From positions 53,917 through 117,916 of the forward strand of contig JBMFVW010000001.1 of the NCBI GenBank assembly GCA_049965795.1: a DNA stretch of 64,000 bases. Direction: 5' to 3'. Position numbers and translations under genes: made by a program. Positions 39,402-49,510 of this stretch are shown in pieces. Each line of letters starts with the position of its first letter. Position 1 is the stretch's first letter. This stretch comes from Candidatus Acidulodesulfobacterium sp. (GTDB taxonomy: Bacteria; SZUA-79; Acidulodesulfobacterales; Acidulodesulfobacteraceae). The notes below the pieces were generated by a model. The model searched no databases, was not told the DNA's origin, and worked only from the letters and a program-made list of their open reading frames with translations.

Positions 39402-39892
39402 TTAATAGAATCTGTTCAGATACGGGGATAAAAATTTGCCGGTTTTTAAAAAATAAGGAATAAAACTTTCCGTTTTATAATTATTTAAAGTTTTAGCGGT
39501 TATTGGAATGGAAAAAAGAAAGTATAAAATTAAACTCAGTAATAAAAAGGTTTTAATTCCGGCAAAAAAAAACCGCCCATTCTGTTATAAAATCCTAATC
39601 TTACTAAATCTATAATTTTTGTAAGTATAAACGATATTATCGCAAAAACTATTACGGTTAATAAAAAAACGGCCGTAAAAACCGCTATTTTTCCATATTC
39701 TTGGCTGTTAAACCGATGCGAGATAAAACTTAAATAATGAGAACCGTAATATTTTGAAGTTATGTAGGACGCTCCGTAATAAGCAAAAAAAACCCCGAGT
39801 ATAGATATAGCCTCTTTTATAAAGCCTCTAAAAAAACCTCTTATCATAATAGCGGTAAAAAAGACCAAAAAGGCTATATCCAAATAACTCAT
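39402..39892 (-). pseudogene. cvpA: CvpA-family membrane protein gene interrupted by a frameshift in a 9-nt homopolymer (39564..39572)
   Basis: The tracked ORF (39536..39892) has a CvpA-like N-terminus (DIAFLVFFTAIMIRGFFRGFIKE) and stops 12 codons after the run. The neighbouring frame continues 'AGIKTFLLLSLILYFLFSIPITAK...' to a stop at 39402..39404, giving a normal-length CvpA. Confidence 0.7.
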
Positions 39893-39911
39893 AGATTTTA
39901 TAGGTAAATTA

Positions 39912-40106
39912 TTAATAATTGAAATAATTTTTTTTGGAATTTCTTTTTCTGGAAGCTGCCGCTTTTTTCTTTCTTTTCACGCTCGGCTTTTCGTAATGTT
40001 CTCTTTTTCTGATTTCAGAAAGAATGCCCGCTCTTTCGCAAGATTTCTTGAATCTTCTCAAAGCATTTTCGAATGATTCGTTTTCTTTAATTTTTACGAT
40101 TGACAA
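39912..40106 (-). CDS. rpsU: 30S ribosomal protein S21
   Basis: '[41 protein letters not shown]' nearly matches the S21 consensus. TTG start with an AGGAGG sequence upstream. Confidence 0.93.
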   Translation of the reverse strand: MSIVKIKENESFENALRRFKKSCERAGILSEIRKREHYEKPSVKRKKKAAASRKRNSKKNYFNY

Positions 40107-40141
40107 AACCTAATTTCGCCTCCTTTTTTTCTAATATTAAT

Positions 40142-40170
40142 ACGGTGTCGGAATTCAATTCCTGCACCGT
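40142..40170. repeat. REP-like palindromic unit (ACGGTGTCGGAATT-C-AATTCCTGCACCGT)
   Basis: Imperfect 14-bp inverted repeat between the hisIE stop and the rpsU start. Same core as the hairpins at 50483..50527 and 56708..56738. Confidence 0.7.
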
Positions 40171-40219
40171 CACAACTATATTCTTACTATAGTATCTTAT
40201 ATTTTTTATTAATTTGCAA

Positions 40220-40975
40220 CTATTTTTGTTTGCGGCTATTTTTTTCGTCGAGTCCGGATATGCCTTCCCTTTTCTTTAATTCATTAATAACGGAATAAAA
40301 ATCTATTCCGGAATATACAAGCATAACCGTATAAAAAAACAGCAAATCCGCCGCTTCATAGATAATTTTATCCTTTTCCGAATTACTTGCAACGGACAAA
40401 ATAAGTTCAAGAGATTCTTCCTGAAGTTTTTTGCCTATTTTTTCATATCCTTCCTTCAATAATTTTGCCGTATAAGATTTTTCCGGATCGGAATTTTTGC
40501 GGCTCGCTATATGGTCGTATAAAAGTTTAAGGGAATAAAATATTCCGTTGTTTTTGTTGCCGTCCGAAACATCGCCGGATACGGATAATCCGGTGTTTAC
40601 TTTAGAATAAAAACAGGATTTATGACCGGTATGGCAAGCGGGGCCGTTTTGAATTATTTTTAATAATATGCTGTCGTTATCGCAATCGAAAAATATTTCT
40701 TTTACCGCCTGCGTATGTCCTGAAGTTTCGCCTTTTTTCCATAATTTATTTCTCGACCGAGAGAAATAATGCGCATATCCGGTTTCAAGAGTTTTTCTAA
40801 GAGCTTCTTCGTTCATAAATGCAAGCATAAGTATATCTTTGGTATAATAGTCCTGTGCAACAGCCGGAATTAAACCGTTAAGTTTGGAAAAATCTATTCT
40901 TTTTAAAAAAGACTCCAGCGATTCGCCATCTAATATGTCCGCTATTACAGTGTCGTCTTTATCTTCTTCTTTCAC
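40220..40975 (-). CDS. hisIE: Bifunctional phosphoribosyl-AMP cyclohydrolase / phosphoribosyl-ATP pyrophosphatase
   Basis: HisI motifs '[16 protein letters not shown]' and '[18 protein letters not shown]', followed by a HisE-like helical C-terminal half. Confidence 0.93.
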   Translation of the reverse strand: MKEEDKDDTVIADILDGESLESFLKRIDFSKLNGLIPAVAQDYYTKDILMLAFMNEEALRKTLETGYAHYFSRSRNKLWKKGETSGHTQAVKEIFFDCDNDSILLKIIQNGPACHTGHKSCFYSKVNTGLSVSGDVSDGNKNNGIFYSLKLLYDHIASRKNSDPEKSYTAKLLKEGYEKIGKKLQEESLELILSVASNSEKDKIIYEAADLLFFYTVMLVYSGIDFYSVINELKKREGISGLDEKNSRKQK

Positions 40976-41727
40976 AATCTTACGTTGATCCCTTTTGATT
41001 TTAAATATTTTTTTATGGGTATAATGCCGGAATTTTCATAATGAAATATTGAAGCCGCAAGAGCGGCGCCGGCATCTGCTTTGACAAAAACATCCTCTAT
41101 ATCTTTTGCGTCTCTTGCTCCGCCTGAAGCAATTACGGGTATTTTTACGCTCTGAACTACCATAGACGTTAGATTTATTTCGTAGCCGCTTTTCGTTCCG
41201 TCTTTATCCATACTGGTTAAAAGTATTTCTCCTGCCCCTCTGTTATAAACCTCTTTGGCCCACCTTATTGCGTTAATGCCGGAATTTTTCTTTCCCCCGT
41301 GCGTAAAAACTAAATATTCGTCTCCTATCTTTTTAGCATCAATTGCTATTACTATAGTAGATGAACCGAATTTTTTTGCGGCTTCGTCTATTATTGCCGG
41401 ATTAATAACCGCTGCAGTATTTATTGAAACTTTATCGGCTCCGCTGTTAAGAAGATTATGAATATCCTCTATCTCGGAAACTCCTCCGCCTACGCTGAAT
41501 GGAATAAATATGTTTGCCGAAATATTTTCGACAAGTTTTAAAATGGTCTTTCTTTTCTCGCTAGAAGCGGTAATATCTAAAAACATAAGCTCGTCTGCAA
41601 GCTCGTCGTCATATTTTTTAGCAAGCTCGACCGGATCACCGGCGCTTTTTAAATCATCGAAATTTATCCCTTTTACTACTTCGTTGTCCTTAATATCTAA
41701 ACAAGGTATTATTCTTTTTGCAAGCAT
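40972..41727 (-). CDS. hisF: Imidazole glycerol phosphate synthase cyclase subunit
   Basis: '[14 protein letters not shown]' is the canonical HisF N-terminus, so Met8 of the tracked ORF is taken as the start. Also '[12 protein letters not shown]'. Confidence 0.93.
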   Translation of the reverse strand: MLAKRIIPCLDIKDNEVVKGINFDDLKSAGDPVELAKKYDDELADELMFLDITASSEKRKTILKLVENISANIFIPFSVGGGVSEIEDIHNLLNSGADKVSINTAAVINPAIIDEAAKKFGSSTIVIAIDAKKIGDEYLVFTHGGKKNSGINAIRWAKEVYNRGAGEILLTSMDKDGTKSGYEINLTSMVVQSVKIPVIASGGARDAKDIEDVFVKADAGAALAASIFHYENSGIIPIKKYLKSKGINVRL

Positions 41728-41731
41728 AAAT

Positions 41732-42454
41732 TTATCCCAATAAAGCATTAGCTTTTTTCAAATCTATCCTTCCGTCGTAAAGAGCTTTTCCTATTATTAC
41801 GCCTTTTAAAGAATCTATATTAAGTTCCTTAAGTTTTTTAACGTCGTCTAATTCGGAAACACCGCCTGAAGCGATTATATCGACTTTCAATTTTGCAAAT
41901 TCGGCAATTAGATTGAAATTAACCCCTTCCAGCATACCGTCTTTTTTAATATCCGTAAATATAAAAGTTTCTATGCCGTATTTTTCTTTTAAGCTCCTTA
42001 CGGCTTCGCCGGAAGAAACTTCGATGTACTCTTTCCATCCCGATATAGCTATCTTGCCATCGTATAAATCTATTCCGCCGATAATCCTGCCCCTGTATTT
42101 CGACAAGGAATCTTTAACGGAATTTATATCTTTAAACAGTATAGAGCCTAAAACTATATAAGAAGCTCCCGCACTAAAATAAAGGTCTATAACATCGTTA
42201 TTCCTTATTCCTCCCCCCACTTCTACCGGAATATTTACCGATTTAATTATATCTTTTATTATCCCGTAATTATCGGGATTTCCGGATTTAGCCCCGTCGA
42301 GATCCACTATATGAAGCCTTTTAGCGCCGTTATTTTGCCAGTTAAGAGCCGCCTCAACCGGAGAAATTTGATACTCTTTTTTTACGTCGTAATCTCCCAT
42401 AGTAAGCCTTACACACTTAGAACCAAGGATATCGACGGCAGGAATAATAATCAT
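41732..42454 (-). CDS. hisA: ProFAR isomerase
   Basis: 'IIPAVDILGSKCVRL' and 'HIVDLDGAK' are HisA signatures. Position in the his operon agrees. Confidence 0.93.
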   Translation of the reverse strand: MIIIPAVDILGSKCVRLTMGDYDVKKEYQISPVEAALNWQNNGAKRLHIVDLDGAKSGNPDNYGIIKDIIKSVNIPVEVGGGIRNNDVIDLYFSAGASYIVLGSILFKDINSVKDSLSKYRGRIIGGIDLYDGKIAISGWKEYIEVSSGEAVRSLKEKYGIETFIFTDIKKDGMLEGVNFNLIAEFAKLKVDIIASGGVSELDDVKKLKELNIDSLKGVIIGKALYDGRIDLKKANALLG

Positions 42455-42485
42455 ATTTTTTATTAGATTTAATTTTACTTAATTT

Positions 42486-43097
42486 TTAACGTTCTATAAA
42501 ATTTTTAAGCAAAGCAAGCCCCTCTTTATGGCTTTTTTCCGGATGAAACTGGCATGCAAAAATATTATCTTTTTTAACGCATACGGTAAATTTGCCGTAA
42601 TAATCGCAAACCGCCGCCGCAATATCTTCTTCCGGAACACAATAATAAGAATGAAGAAAATAAAAAAAACTTTTATTTTCTATCCCTTTAAACTCTTCCA
42701 ACGGTTTTAATATTTCAATATCGTTCCAGCCTATATGAGGAATTAATCTTACAGCCTTTTCGTCAAACTTAACTACTTTTCCTTTAAAAATTCCAAGCCC
42801 TTCGCTGTAACCGAATTCTTCGGAAGTTTCAAACAAAAGCTGCATTCCTAAGCAGATTCCAAGAAATTTCTTGCCTTCGGCTATTGCATCTTTAATGGGA
42901 TTTACCAAGCTCTTTCTTTTTAAAGTCGCCATAGCGTCCTTAAAACCCCCTACTCCCGGTAGTACTAAATGTGTTGCGTTTTTTATGTCTTCAAAATCGC
43001 CGGTTATTTTAGCCGAATAACCTAAAAAGTTAAAAGCGTTTTTAACGTTTTTAAGATTACCCATTCCATAATCTATAACGGCTATTTTTTTTTCCAT
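42486..43097 (-). CDS. hisH: Imidazole glycerol phosphate synthase glutaminase subunit
   Basis: 'IAVIDYGMGNLKNV', 'GICLGMQLL' (catalytic Cys) and 'QFHPEKS'. Confidence 0.93.
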   Translation of the reverse strand: MEKKIAVIDYGMGNLKNVKNAFNFLGYSAKITGDFEDIKNATHLVLPGVGGFKDAMATLKRKSLVNPIKDAIAEGKKFLGICLGMQLLFETSEEFGYSEGLGIFKGKVVKFDEKAVRLIPHIGWNDIEILKPLEEFKGIENKSFFYFLHSYYCVPEEDIAAAVCDYYGKFTVCVKKDNIFACQFHPEKSHKEGLALLKNFIER

Positions 43098-43109
43098 TTT
43101 TTTATATAT

Positions 43110-44156
43110 CTATTTTTTATCTATTATAAAATATTTATAAATAGCGTTGGCTATCGCATTAGCAACCATCTGCCTGAAAGTAGAAGAAGCCAAAAGATGT
43201 TCCTCGTAAGGATTGGAAATATATGCATACTCTATGATTACCGCAGGCATAGTAGTAAATCTCAATACGTAAAGATCATCCCTAAGTATTCCGTCGTATT
43301 TTAAGTTTAATGTGGATGAAACGTAATGTTCTAAATATTTTGCAAATTGATACGAATTTCTGTGGAAATAATATGTAGTAGTACCGTAAAGATATGGAAC
43401 TACCTGAGAATTACAGTATAATCCTACAAATAGATTTGCTCCGCTTTGATTGGCAAGCGCCGCTCTTTGCTGGAGACTTACAAACACGTTAGACGTTCTG
43501 TCTATCTCAGTTTTAATTCCTTTAGCTTCAAGCAGTTTTCTTAGCTTTAAAGCAATACTTAAGTTTACGAAACTTTCCGGAAGACCCATAGGTCCTACCC
43601 CTCCTGGATCTCCTCCTCCGTGGCCGGCATCGATAAACACGTTAAAATTTACGCCTTTTAACGGAATATTATTCCGGCGGATTTTAACGACGGCTGTTTT
43701 TTTAGCGGAATACCCTTCGGCTTTTGAAACATAAACTACCGTTTCATATTTATTATTTCCTGCGGAGAAAGTTTTAACCTCAGGTTTATTTAAAGAATTT
43801 TGCCTTAAAACCATATGCACGGAATATTTAGGCGCAGTGCTAAATTGAGAGTAAGAAACGGAAAATACCTCAGCAAAAGGGTTTTTTATTTTATTGCCGC
43901 GTCCGTATAAAACTGCATGTCCAAAAACTAAAATAAAATATTTTTTATATCCGTTTTGAAATGAATAACCCTTATAAAAAGGCTTCTTGCCGGCAGTTAA
44001 AATATCTATCGTACCGTCTGCATGATTTATAAAAATTCTGTTAATATAAGTTATATTTTGAGAAAAAGAATAAGCTTTACGTGCTTTAAACTGTATAGCT
44101 CCTGCGAAAACGGTAAATAGCACAAGACAGAATATTAATAAATATGTCCTTTTCAT
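43110..44156 (-). CDS. N-acetylmuramoyl-L-alanine amidase (Amidase_3, AmiC-like) with N-terminal AMIN-like domain
   Basis: 'VFIDAGHGGGDPGGVG' zinc-ligand motif and '..EYAYISNPYEE'. The start is moved to Met19 (signal peptide MKRTYLLIFCLVLF), just after the hisB stop. Confidence 0.85.
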   Translation of the reverse strand: MKRTYLLIFCLVLFTVFAGAIQFKARKAYSFSQNITYINRIFINHADGTIDILTAGKKPFYKGYSFQNGYKKYFILVFGHAVLYGRGNKIKNPFAEVFSVSYSQFSTAPKYSVHMVLRQNSLNKPEVKTFSAGNNKYETVVYVSKAEGYSAKKTAVVKIRRNNIPLKGVNFNVFIDAGHGGGDPGGVGPMGLPESFVNLSIALKLRKLLEAKGIKTEIDRTSNVFVSLQQRAALANQSGANLFVGLYCNSQVVPYLYGTTTYYFHRNSYQFAKYLEHYVSSTLNLKYDGILRDDLYVLRFTTMPAVIIEYAYISNPYEEHLLASSTFRQMVANAIANAIYKYFIIDKK

Positions 44157-44160
44157 TTTT

Positions 44161-44838
44161 TTATATGCTTCCTTTGGTGGAAGGAATTCCAAAATAGCCT
44201 GCAATTTCAAGTGCGTCCGAAACCGCCCTTCCGGCAGATTTGAAGACTGCTTCGACCATATGATGTATGTTAGATCCGTATTGGATATTTATATGAAGAC
44301 TTATAAGGGCATTTTTACAAACCGCATCGAAAAAGACGTTAGAATATACGTAAAAAAATTTATCTACCAATATTTCACGCGATTCCTGTTTGGAAATCCT
44401 TAACGAAGATTTTAAAAATTCTTTACCGGATTGAGATATGTCCTCTCCCATAAATCTGTAAACGAAAAAAGACCTGCCGCAAAAATCTGCCGTGGATTGA
44501 ACAAGCGATTCATCCATAGGAACGGATGCGAATCCGTATCTTTTAATGCCTCTCTTATCGCCGGATAATTCTTTAAATGCATGCCCTATAACTATACCCG
44601 TATCTTCTATGAGATGATGCAGATCCACCCCTATATCGCCTTTCGCTTTAAGAGATATATCGCATCCGGAATGTTTTGAAAACTGTTCCAGCATATGATT
44701 GAAAAAAGGAACGCCCGTATCGATTTTATAGTTTCCTTTCCCGTCGATATTTAATTCTAATTTTATATCCGTTTCGTTAGTCTTTCTTATAAATTTACCT
44801 TTTCTTGACTTTTTTTTTATCGTATTTTTTTCCGGCAT
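44161..44838 (-). CDS. hisB: Imidazoleglycerol-phosphate dehydratase
   Basis: 'RKTNETDIKLELNIDG', 'FFNHMLEQFSKH', 'DLHHLIEDTGI' and 'NIHHMVEAVFKS' manganese-binding motifs. Confidence 0.92.
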   Translation of the reverse strand: MPEKNTIKKKSRKGKFIRKTNETDIKLELNIDGKGNYKIDTGVPFFNHMLEQFSKHSGCDISLKAKGDIGVDLHHLIEDTGIVIGHAFKELSGDKRGIKRYGFASVPMDESLVQSTADFCGRSFFVYRFMGEDISQSGKEFLKSSLRISKQESREILVDKFFYVYSNVFFDAVCKNALISLHINIQYGSNIHHMVEAVFKSAGRAVSDALEIAGYFGIPSTKGSI

Positions 44839-44929
44839 GCAGATTTTACCTTCCCGAAGAATGTATATTATTTATATTTTTACTTCATTATAGCACATTA
44901 AAACGGCCGCAATTATATTTTTTTCTAAC

Positions 44930-44999
44930 CCAAAATTGCCGATAGAAAAAAGGTGCCGGATTTTATTTTTTTGCATACAAAATTAATCTGACACTTTTT
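44930..44999. repeat. Dispersed intergenic repeat, composite copy C
   Basis: CCAAAATTGCCGATAGA (44930..44946) is the inverted form of the TCTATCGGCAATTTTGG ends of copies A and B. It is followed by AAAAGGTGCCGGATTTT (also at 57587) and TAATCTGACAC (as in copy A). Confidence 0.7.
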
Positions 45000-45023
45000 C
45001 CGTTATAATTTGTATGAGCAATT

Positions 45024-46112
45024 TTAGGATAAACCTTTGGAAAACTCAATAAAATAATCGGTTAATTTTTTATTTTCCTTTTCCGTGCCGACGGTTATTC
45101 TGTAATAAAGATCCATAATGCCCGTGAAACTCCTTATTATTATATTATTTTCATTTAAAAAGTTGTCAAATTTAATCTTATTTTTTTTATCTTTAAGTTT
45201 TATAAGTAAAAAATTTGCGTCGGAATTATAAACTTTAATAAAAGGCAGTGCGCTAAGTTTTTTGTATAAAACTTTTCTCTGTTTTACGGTTTTCTTTATA
45301 TTTTTTTCAAATTCGTCGAAATTTTTTAAAAAAAATTCTATGGAACTTAATGTTAAAGAATTTATATTATAAGGTAATTTTATTTTTTTAAATTCGTCAA
45401 TAAGTTTATCGCCTGAAAAAAGCATTCCGAATCTTAACCCTGCAAGTCCTATTTTGGAAAAGGTTTTTAAAACTATTAAATTTTCATACTTCGTCAGTTC
45501 ATTTAAAAAAGATTTTTCGTCCGAAAAGAATATATATGCTTCATCCACTACGACTAAGTTGTTTTTGTTTTCCAAAAGACCGTATATAATTTTGCGGTTA
45601 AAATGATTACCTGTAGGATTATTAGGATAACTGAAAAAATATAAATTTTTCAGTTTTTTATCGTCAATTAACGCTATATTATCCGGTAAATCAAAATTTT
45701 CATCGTTTAATTTTATTATTTTTGCGTTTAAATCGTTATATTTAGCTATAATTTCGTACATTGAAAAAGAAGGGGACGGTATATTTACCGTAACGTCTTT
45801 CTTTAAACTAAGGAGTATAATTGATATGAGCTCATCCGAACCGTTGCCGAAAATAAAATTATTGGTTGAAAAACCGTAAAATTTTTGTATGGATCCAAGC
45901 AGATTTTTAGAATTTGGATCAGGATAAAGATTTATAAGCGTGTCTTTTATATAATCGGCATATTTCTTTTTAATGTTTTTGCCCAAAATATAATTAGATT
46001 CGTTTGCGTCAAGTTTCAAAGCTTTTTTATGCTGATCTACTTCGTTGACCTTATAAGCTTTTAGCTCGCGGACGCTGTCTTTAATAAAATTTTCTATATT
46101 AAACGAGGTCAT
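45024..46112 (-). CDS. hisC: Histidinol-phosphate aminotransferase
   Basis: Class II aminotransferase. 'YPNNPTGN', 'VVVDEAY' and PLP-lysine 'TFSKIGLAGLRFG'. Position in the his operon agrees. Confidence 0.9.
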   Translation of the reverse strand: MTSFNIENFIKDSVRELKAYKVNEVDQHKKALKLDANESNYILGKNIKKKYADYIKDTLINLYPDPNSKNLLGSIQKFYGFSTNNFIFGNGSDELISIILLSLKKDVTVNIPSPSFSMYEIIAKYNDLNAKIIKLNDENFDLPDNIALIDDKKLKNLYFFSYPNNPTGNHFNRKIIYGLLENKNNLVVVDEAYIFFSDEKSFLNELTKYENLIVLKTFSKIGLAGLRFGMLFSGDKLIDEFKKIKLPYNINSLTLSSIEFFLKNFDEFEKNIKKTVKQRKVLYKKLSALPFIKVYNSDANFLLIKLKDKKNKIKFDNFLNENNIIIRSFTGIMDLYYRITVGTEKENKKLTDYFIEFSKGLS

Positions 46113-46115
46113 GGA

Positions 46116-47411
46116 TTATTTTATTTTTTTTATTCTAAAACTTACGGATTCGTTATGCGCGCTCAATCCTTCTATTTTAGCAAAAAAATCAACATCTTTT
46201 GCGCTTTTTAATAAAAAATCTGAGCTGGAATAAATAACGCTTGTTCTTTTAAGAAACGATACCGTATCCAAAGGGGAAAAAAACCTTGCCGTACCGCCGG
46301 TAGGAAGCACGTGGCTAGGACCGGCTACATAATCTCCAAGCGATTCGGGAGTGTTTGCTCCCATAAATACCGCGCCTGCATTTTGTACTGCAAAAAGTTT
46401 ATCGAAAGGGTCTTTGATATACAGTTCTAAATGTTCCGGCGCAAGTTCGTTGGCAATATCGATAGACTCGTCTAACGATCCCGTTATTACTAAAGACGCA
46501 TTATGATTTATGGATTTCTCGATTATCTCTTTTCTTTTTTCGCGCTTAATTAATTTAGGAAGTATTTGTTTGATTTTTTTTATAATTTCGGCGCTGTCGC
46601 TGATAACGGTAGAAATCGCCATTTCGTCGTGTTCCGCCTGAGACATCATATCGACTGCCGCAAGTTCAGGATCTGCGTATTCATCGCACACTATCGCAAT
46701 TTCGCTCGGCCCTGCTATCATATCTATATCGACGTCGCCGTAAACCATTTTTTTTGCAGTTGCAACGTAAATATTGCCTGGACCTGCTATTTTATCTACG
46801 GCGGGAATAGTTTCGGTGCCGTAAGCAAGGGCGAATATAGCCTGCGGACCGCCTATTCTAAATATTTTTTCTATTCCGCACAAAACCGCCGCAGCAATAA
46901 CGTAATTATTTAACTGTTTTGACGGAGGGGTGACTGCTACAACCTCTTTAACTCCCGCTGCGGCCGCAGGTATCGCATTCATAATGACGGACGAAGGATA
47001 GCTCGCTTTGCCGCCCGGAACATATATGCCGACTCTTTTAAGAGGCGATACAAGCTGTCCGGTTATAAGACCCGTTTCGGCGTCGTTAGAAAACCAAGTA
47101 TTAAGTTTTTGTTTGGAGTGATAGTCATAAACTCTTTTTATCGTGTTTTCGATACTATTTCGTTCATCTTTAGTTAAAGAATTTACCGACTTGTCTTTTT
47201 CTTTTTTGCCTATTAAGAATTTTTCCGGCGTCAGACTGACTTTATCGAATTTATCGGTATATAAGGTTAAAGCTTTATCTCCGTCGGCAATAACGTCTCT
47301 GCGTATGACATTAAGTTCCTGCTGTATTTTATCGGCAAATTCAAACTGACCGAGCCTTCTTTCTTTTAAAAATTTTTTAAAATCGTTTTTATTTGAATCA
47401 AATACCCTCAT
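46116..47411 (-). CDS. hisD: Histidinol dehydrogenase
   Basis: 'IDMIAGPSEI', 'SQAEHDE' and 'GDYVAGPSHVLPTGGTARF' signatures. Confidence 0.95.
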   Translation of the reverse strand: MRVFDSNKNDFKKFLKERRLGQFEFADKIQQELNVIRRDVIADGDKALTLYTDKFDKVSLTPEKFLIGKKEKDKSVNSLTKDERNSIENTIKRVYDYHSKQKLNTWFSNDAETGLITGQLVSPLKRVGIYVPGGKASYPSSVIMNAIPAAAAGVKEVVAVTPPSKQLNNYVIAAAVLCGIEKIFRIGGPQAIFALAYGTETIPAVDKIAGPGNIYVATAKKMVYGDVDIDMIAGPSEIAIVCDEYADPELAAVDMMSQAEHDEMAISTVISDSAEIIKKIKQILPKLIKREKRKEIIEKSINHNASLVITGSLDESIDIANELAPEHLELYIKDPFDKLFAVQNAGAVFMGANTPESLGDYVAGPSHVLPTGGTARFFSPLDTVSFLKRTSVIYSSSDFLLKSAKDVDFFAKIEGLSAHNESVSFRIKKIK

Positions 47412-48150
47412 TTTTGTTGACCCGTTCTTTTAAGTCTTCTATTAAAGCCGCAATATCGGCAGAATTTATTTTAAGGCTTGCCCTGTTGACTATTAATCTT
47501 GACGTAACATGAACTATGTCTTCGATGGGAATCAAATTATTCTGCCTTAGGGTTTCTCCGGTAGAAACCAAATCTACTATAAAATCGCACAGTCCGGAAA
47601 TAGGGGCAAGTTCGACGTTTCCGTATAACTTTATGATTTGAACGTTTGAAACGCCTTTTTTATTAAAAAAATCCCTTGCAATGCGCACGTATTTAGTGGC
47701 AACTCCTATATTTACTCCGGAATAATATATTTTATTTTTTATATCGTCGTCTATTTCAGGAAAACTGTCATCGTCATTTAAATTATTTTTTTTTCCAAAT
47801 ATTAAATTTTTGCGCGCCGCAACGACTACTTTGCATTTTCCTATGCCGAGATCTAAGGGTTCGTATATATTCCTGGGTTTTTCCAGCAAAACGTCTTTGC
47901 CTGCAATACCGGCATCGGCCGCTCCATACTCTACGAAAGTCGGTACGTCTAAAGGCTTTACTATAAGCAGGCTTACGGCATCGTCTTCGTAATCGAAAAT
48001 AAGTTTCCTGGAATCGTAATCGGCATCCTGATGTTTAATATATCCCGATTCTCTTAAGAATCTTAAGGCATCTTTAAGTATTCTGCCTTTAGGAACTGCA
48101 ATTTTAAGCTTCTTGAGTTTACGATATTTTTTGTTTTGAGAAATTTTCAT
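47398..48150 (-). CDS. hisG: ATP phosphoribosyltransferase (short form)
   Basis: 'KIAVPKGRI', 'GAADAGIAGKDVL' and 'DLVSTGETLRQN'. The start is moved to Met18, downstream of the murA stop. Confidence 0.9.
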   Translation of the reverse strand: MKISQNKKYRKLKKLKIAVPKGRILKDALRFLRESGYIKHQDADYDSRKLIFDYEDDAVSLLIVKPLDVPTFVEYGAADAGIAGKDVLLEKPRNIYEPLDLGIGKCKVVVAARKNLIFGKKNNLNDDDSFPEIDDDIKNKIYYSGVNIGVATKYVRIARDFFNKKGVSNVQIIKLYGNVELAPISGLCDFIVDLVSTGETLRQNNLIPIEDIVHVTSRLIVNRASLKINSADIAALIEDLKERVNKNEGI

Positions 48151-48175
48151 TAATATATAAATAAATATTTTTATT

Positions 48176-49510
48176 TCATGCAGTCTTGCTGCAAACAACA
48201 TCGATAAATCTCGATTCGTCGTCCGGTACCGGAGATATATCGTTTGCTTTTACCCTTGAAATTATAGCACCGAGAGCGGTCAGCTTTTTTTCCATTTTTT
48301 CGTATCCGCGGTCAAGATGGTATATTCTGGAAACGGTAGTTAAACCGTCAGATGAAGCTAATCCGGCAAGAACGAGAGAAGCGCTTGCCCTTAAGTCGGT
48401 TGCCATAACTTCGGCTCCCGAAAGTTTTTTAACCCCTTTTACTATAGCAAAATTATTTCTCACTTTGATATTAGCTCCGAGACGAATAAGTTCGGCAACA
48501 TGCATAAACCTGTTTTCAAAAACGTTTTCGGTAATAACGCACAATCCGCCGGAAAGCGTCATAAGAGACATAATCTGCGCCTGCATATCAGTAGGAAAAT
48601 CAGGGTAAGGGGCGGTAGAAATATCTACACTTTTAATAACTTTAGATCCCTTAACCCTTATCGAATTCGACGAGTTTATAATAACTTTTACGCCCGCTTC
48701 AGAAAGCTTATCTATAACCGATTTCAGATGATTAACGTTAAGATTTTTAAGAACTATATCGCCTTTAGTTATGGCGGAAGCTACCATGAAGGTTCCGGCC
48801 TCTATTCTGTCGGGAAGCACTCTGTGGCATAAACGGTTAAGTTTTTTAACTCCCTTTACGGAAATAACGGACGGCTCTATTCTTTTTATATCGGCTCCGC
48901 CGTTGTTAAGAGCGATAATCATATCGTCTATTTCCGGTTCTCTCGCCGCATTTTTTATGATAGTGGTGCCTTCCGCAAGAACCGCCGCCATAATGACGTT
49001 TTCCGTTCCGGTAACCGAAGGAATAGGAAAATTTATAACGGCGCCCTTTAGCTTATCGGCAAAAACTTCTACGTACCCGTGATCTACTTTAACCGTAGCT
49101 CCAAGCTGTTTTAAAGCGTTCAGATGAAAATCTATAGGTCTTGCGCCGATTGCGCATCCGCCGGGGAGAGATACTCTTGCGCGTTTATATTTGGCGATTA
49201 GCGGACCGAGAACCAGAACCGAAGCCCTCATAGTTTTTACCAAATCGTAAGGCGCATCGAAATTATTAATACCGGAAGTATTAATAACCAGCTTATCGGC
49301 GGCGTCGCTTTTTTTTATTACTGCTCCAAGGCTTATTAAAAGTTTTTTTATCGTTTTAACATCTTCGAGATCGGGAACATTTTCTATTTCGCAGTCGAAC
49401 TCGTCAAACATTATAGACGAAACTATTATCGGCAAAGAAGCATTTTTGGAGCCGCTGATAGAAACTTCTCCTATTAAAGGAAATCCTCCTTCTATGACCA
49501 TTTTATCCAT
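48176..49510 (-). CDS. murA: UDP-N-acetylglucosamine 1-carboxyvinyltransferase
   Basis: 'ISGSKNASLPI', active-site loop 'LPGGCAIGARPID' and 'FPTDMQAQ'. Confidence 0.96.
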   Translation of the reverse strand: MDKMVIEGGFPLIGEVSISGSKNASLPIIVSSIMFDEFDCEIENVPDLEDVKTIKKLLISLGAVIKKSDAADKLVINTSGINNFDAPYDLVKTMRASVLVLGPLIAKYKRARVSLPGGCAIGARPIDFHLNALKQLGATVKVDHGYVEVFADKLKGAVINFPIPSVTGTENVIMAAVLAEGTTIIKNAAREPEIDDMIIALNNGGADIKRIEPSVISVKGVKKLNRLCHRVLPDRIEAGTFMVASAITKGDIVLKNLNVNHLKSVIDKLSEAGVKVIINSSNSIRVKGSKVIKSVDISTAPYPDFPTDMQAQIMSLMTLSGGLCVITENVFENRFMHVAELIRLGANIKVRNNFAIVKGVKKLSGAEVMATDLRASASLVLAGLASSDGLTTVSRIYHLDRGYEKMEKKLTALGAIISRVKANDISPVPDDESRFIDVVCSKTA

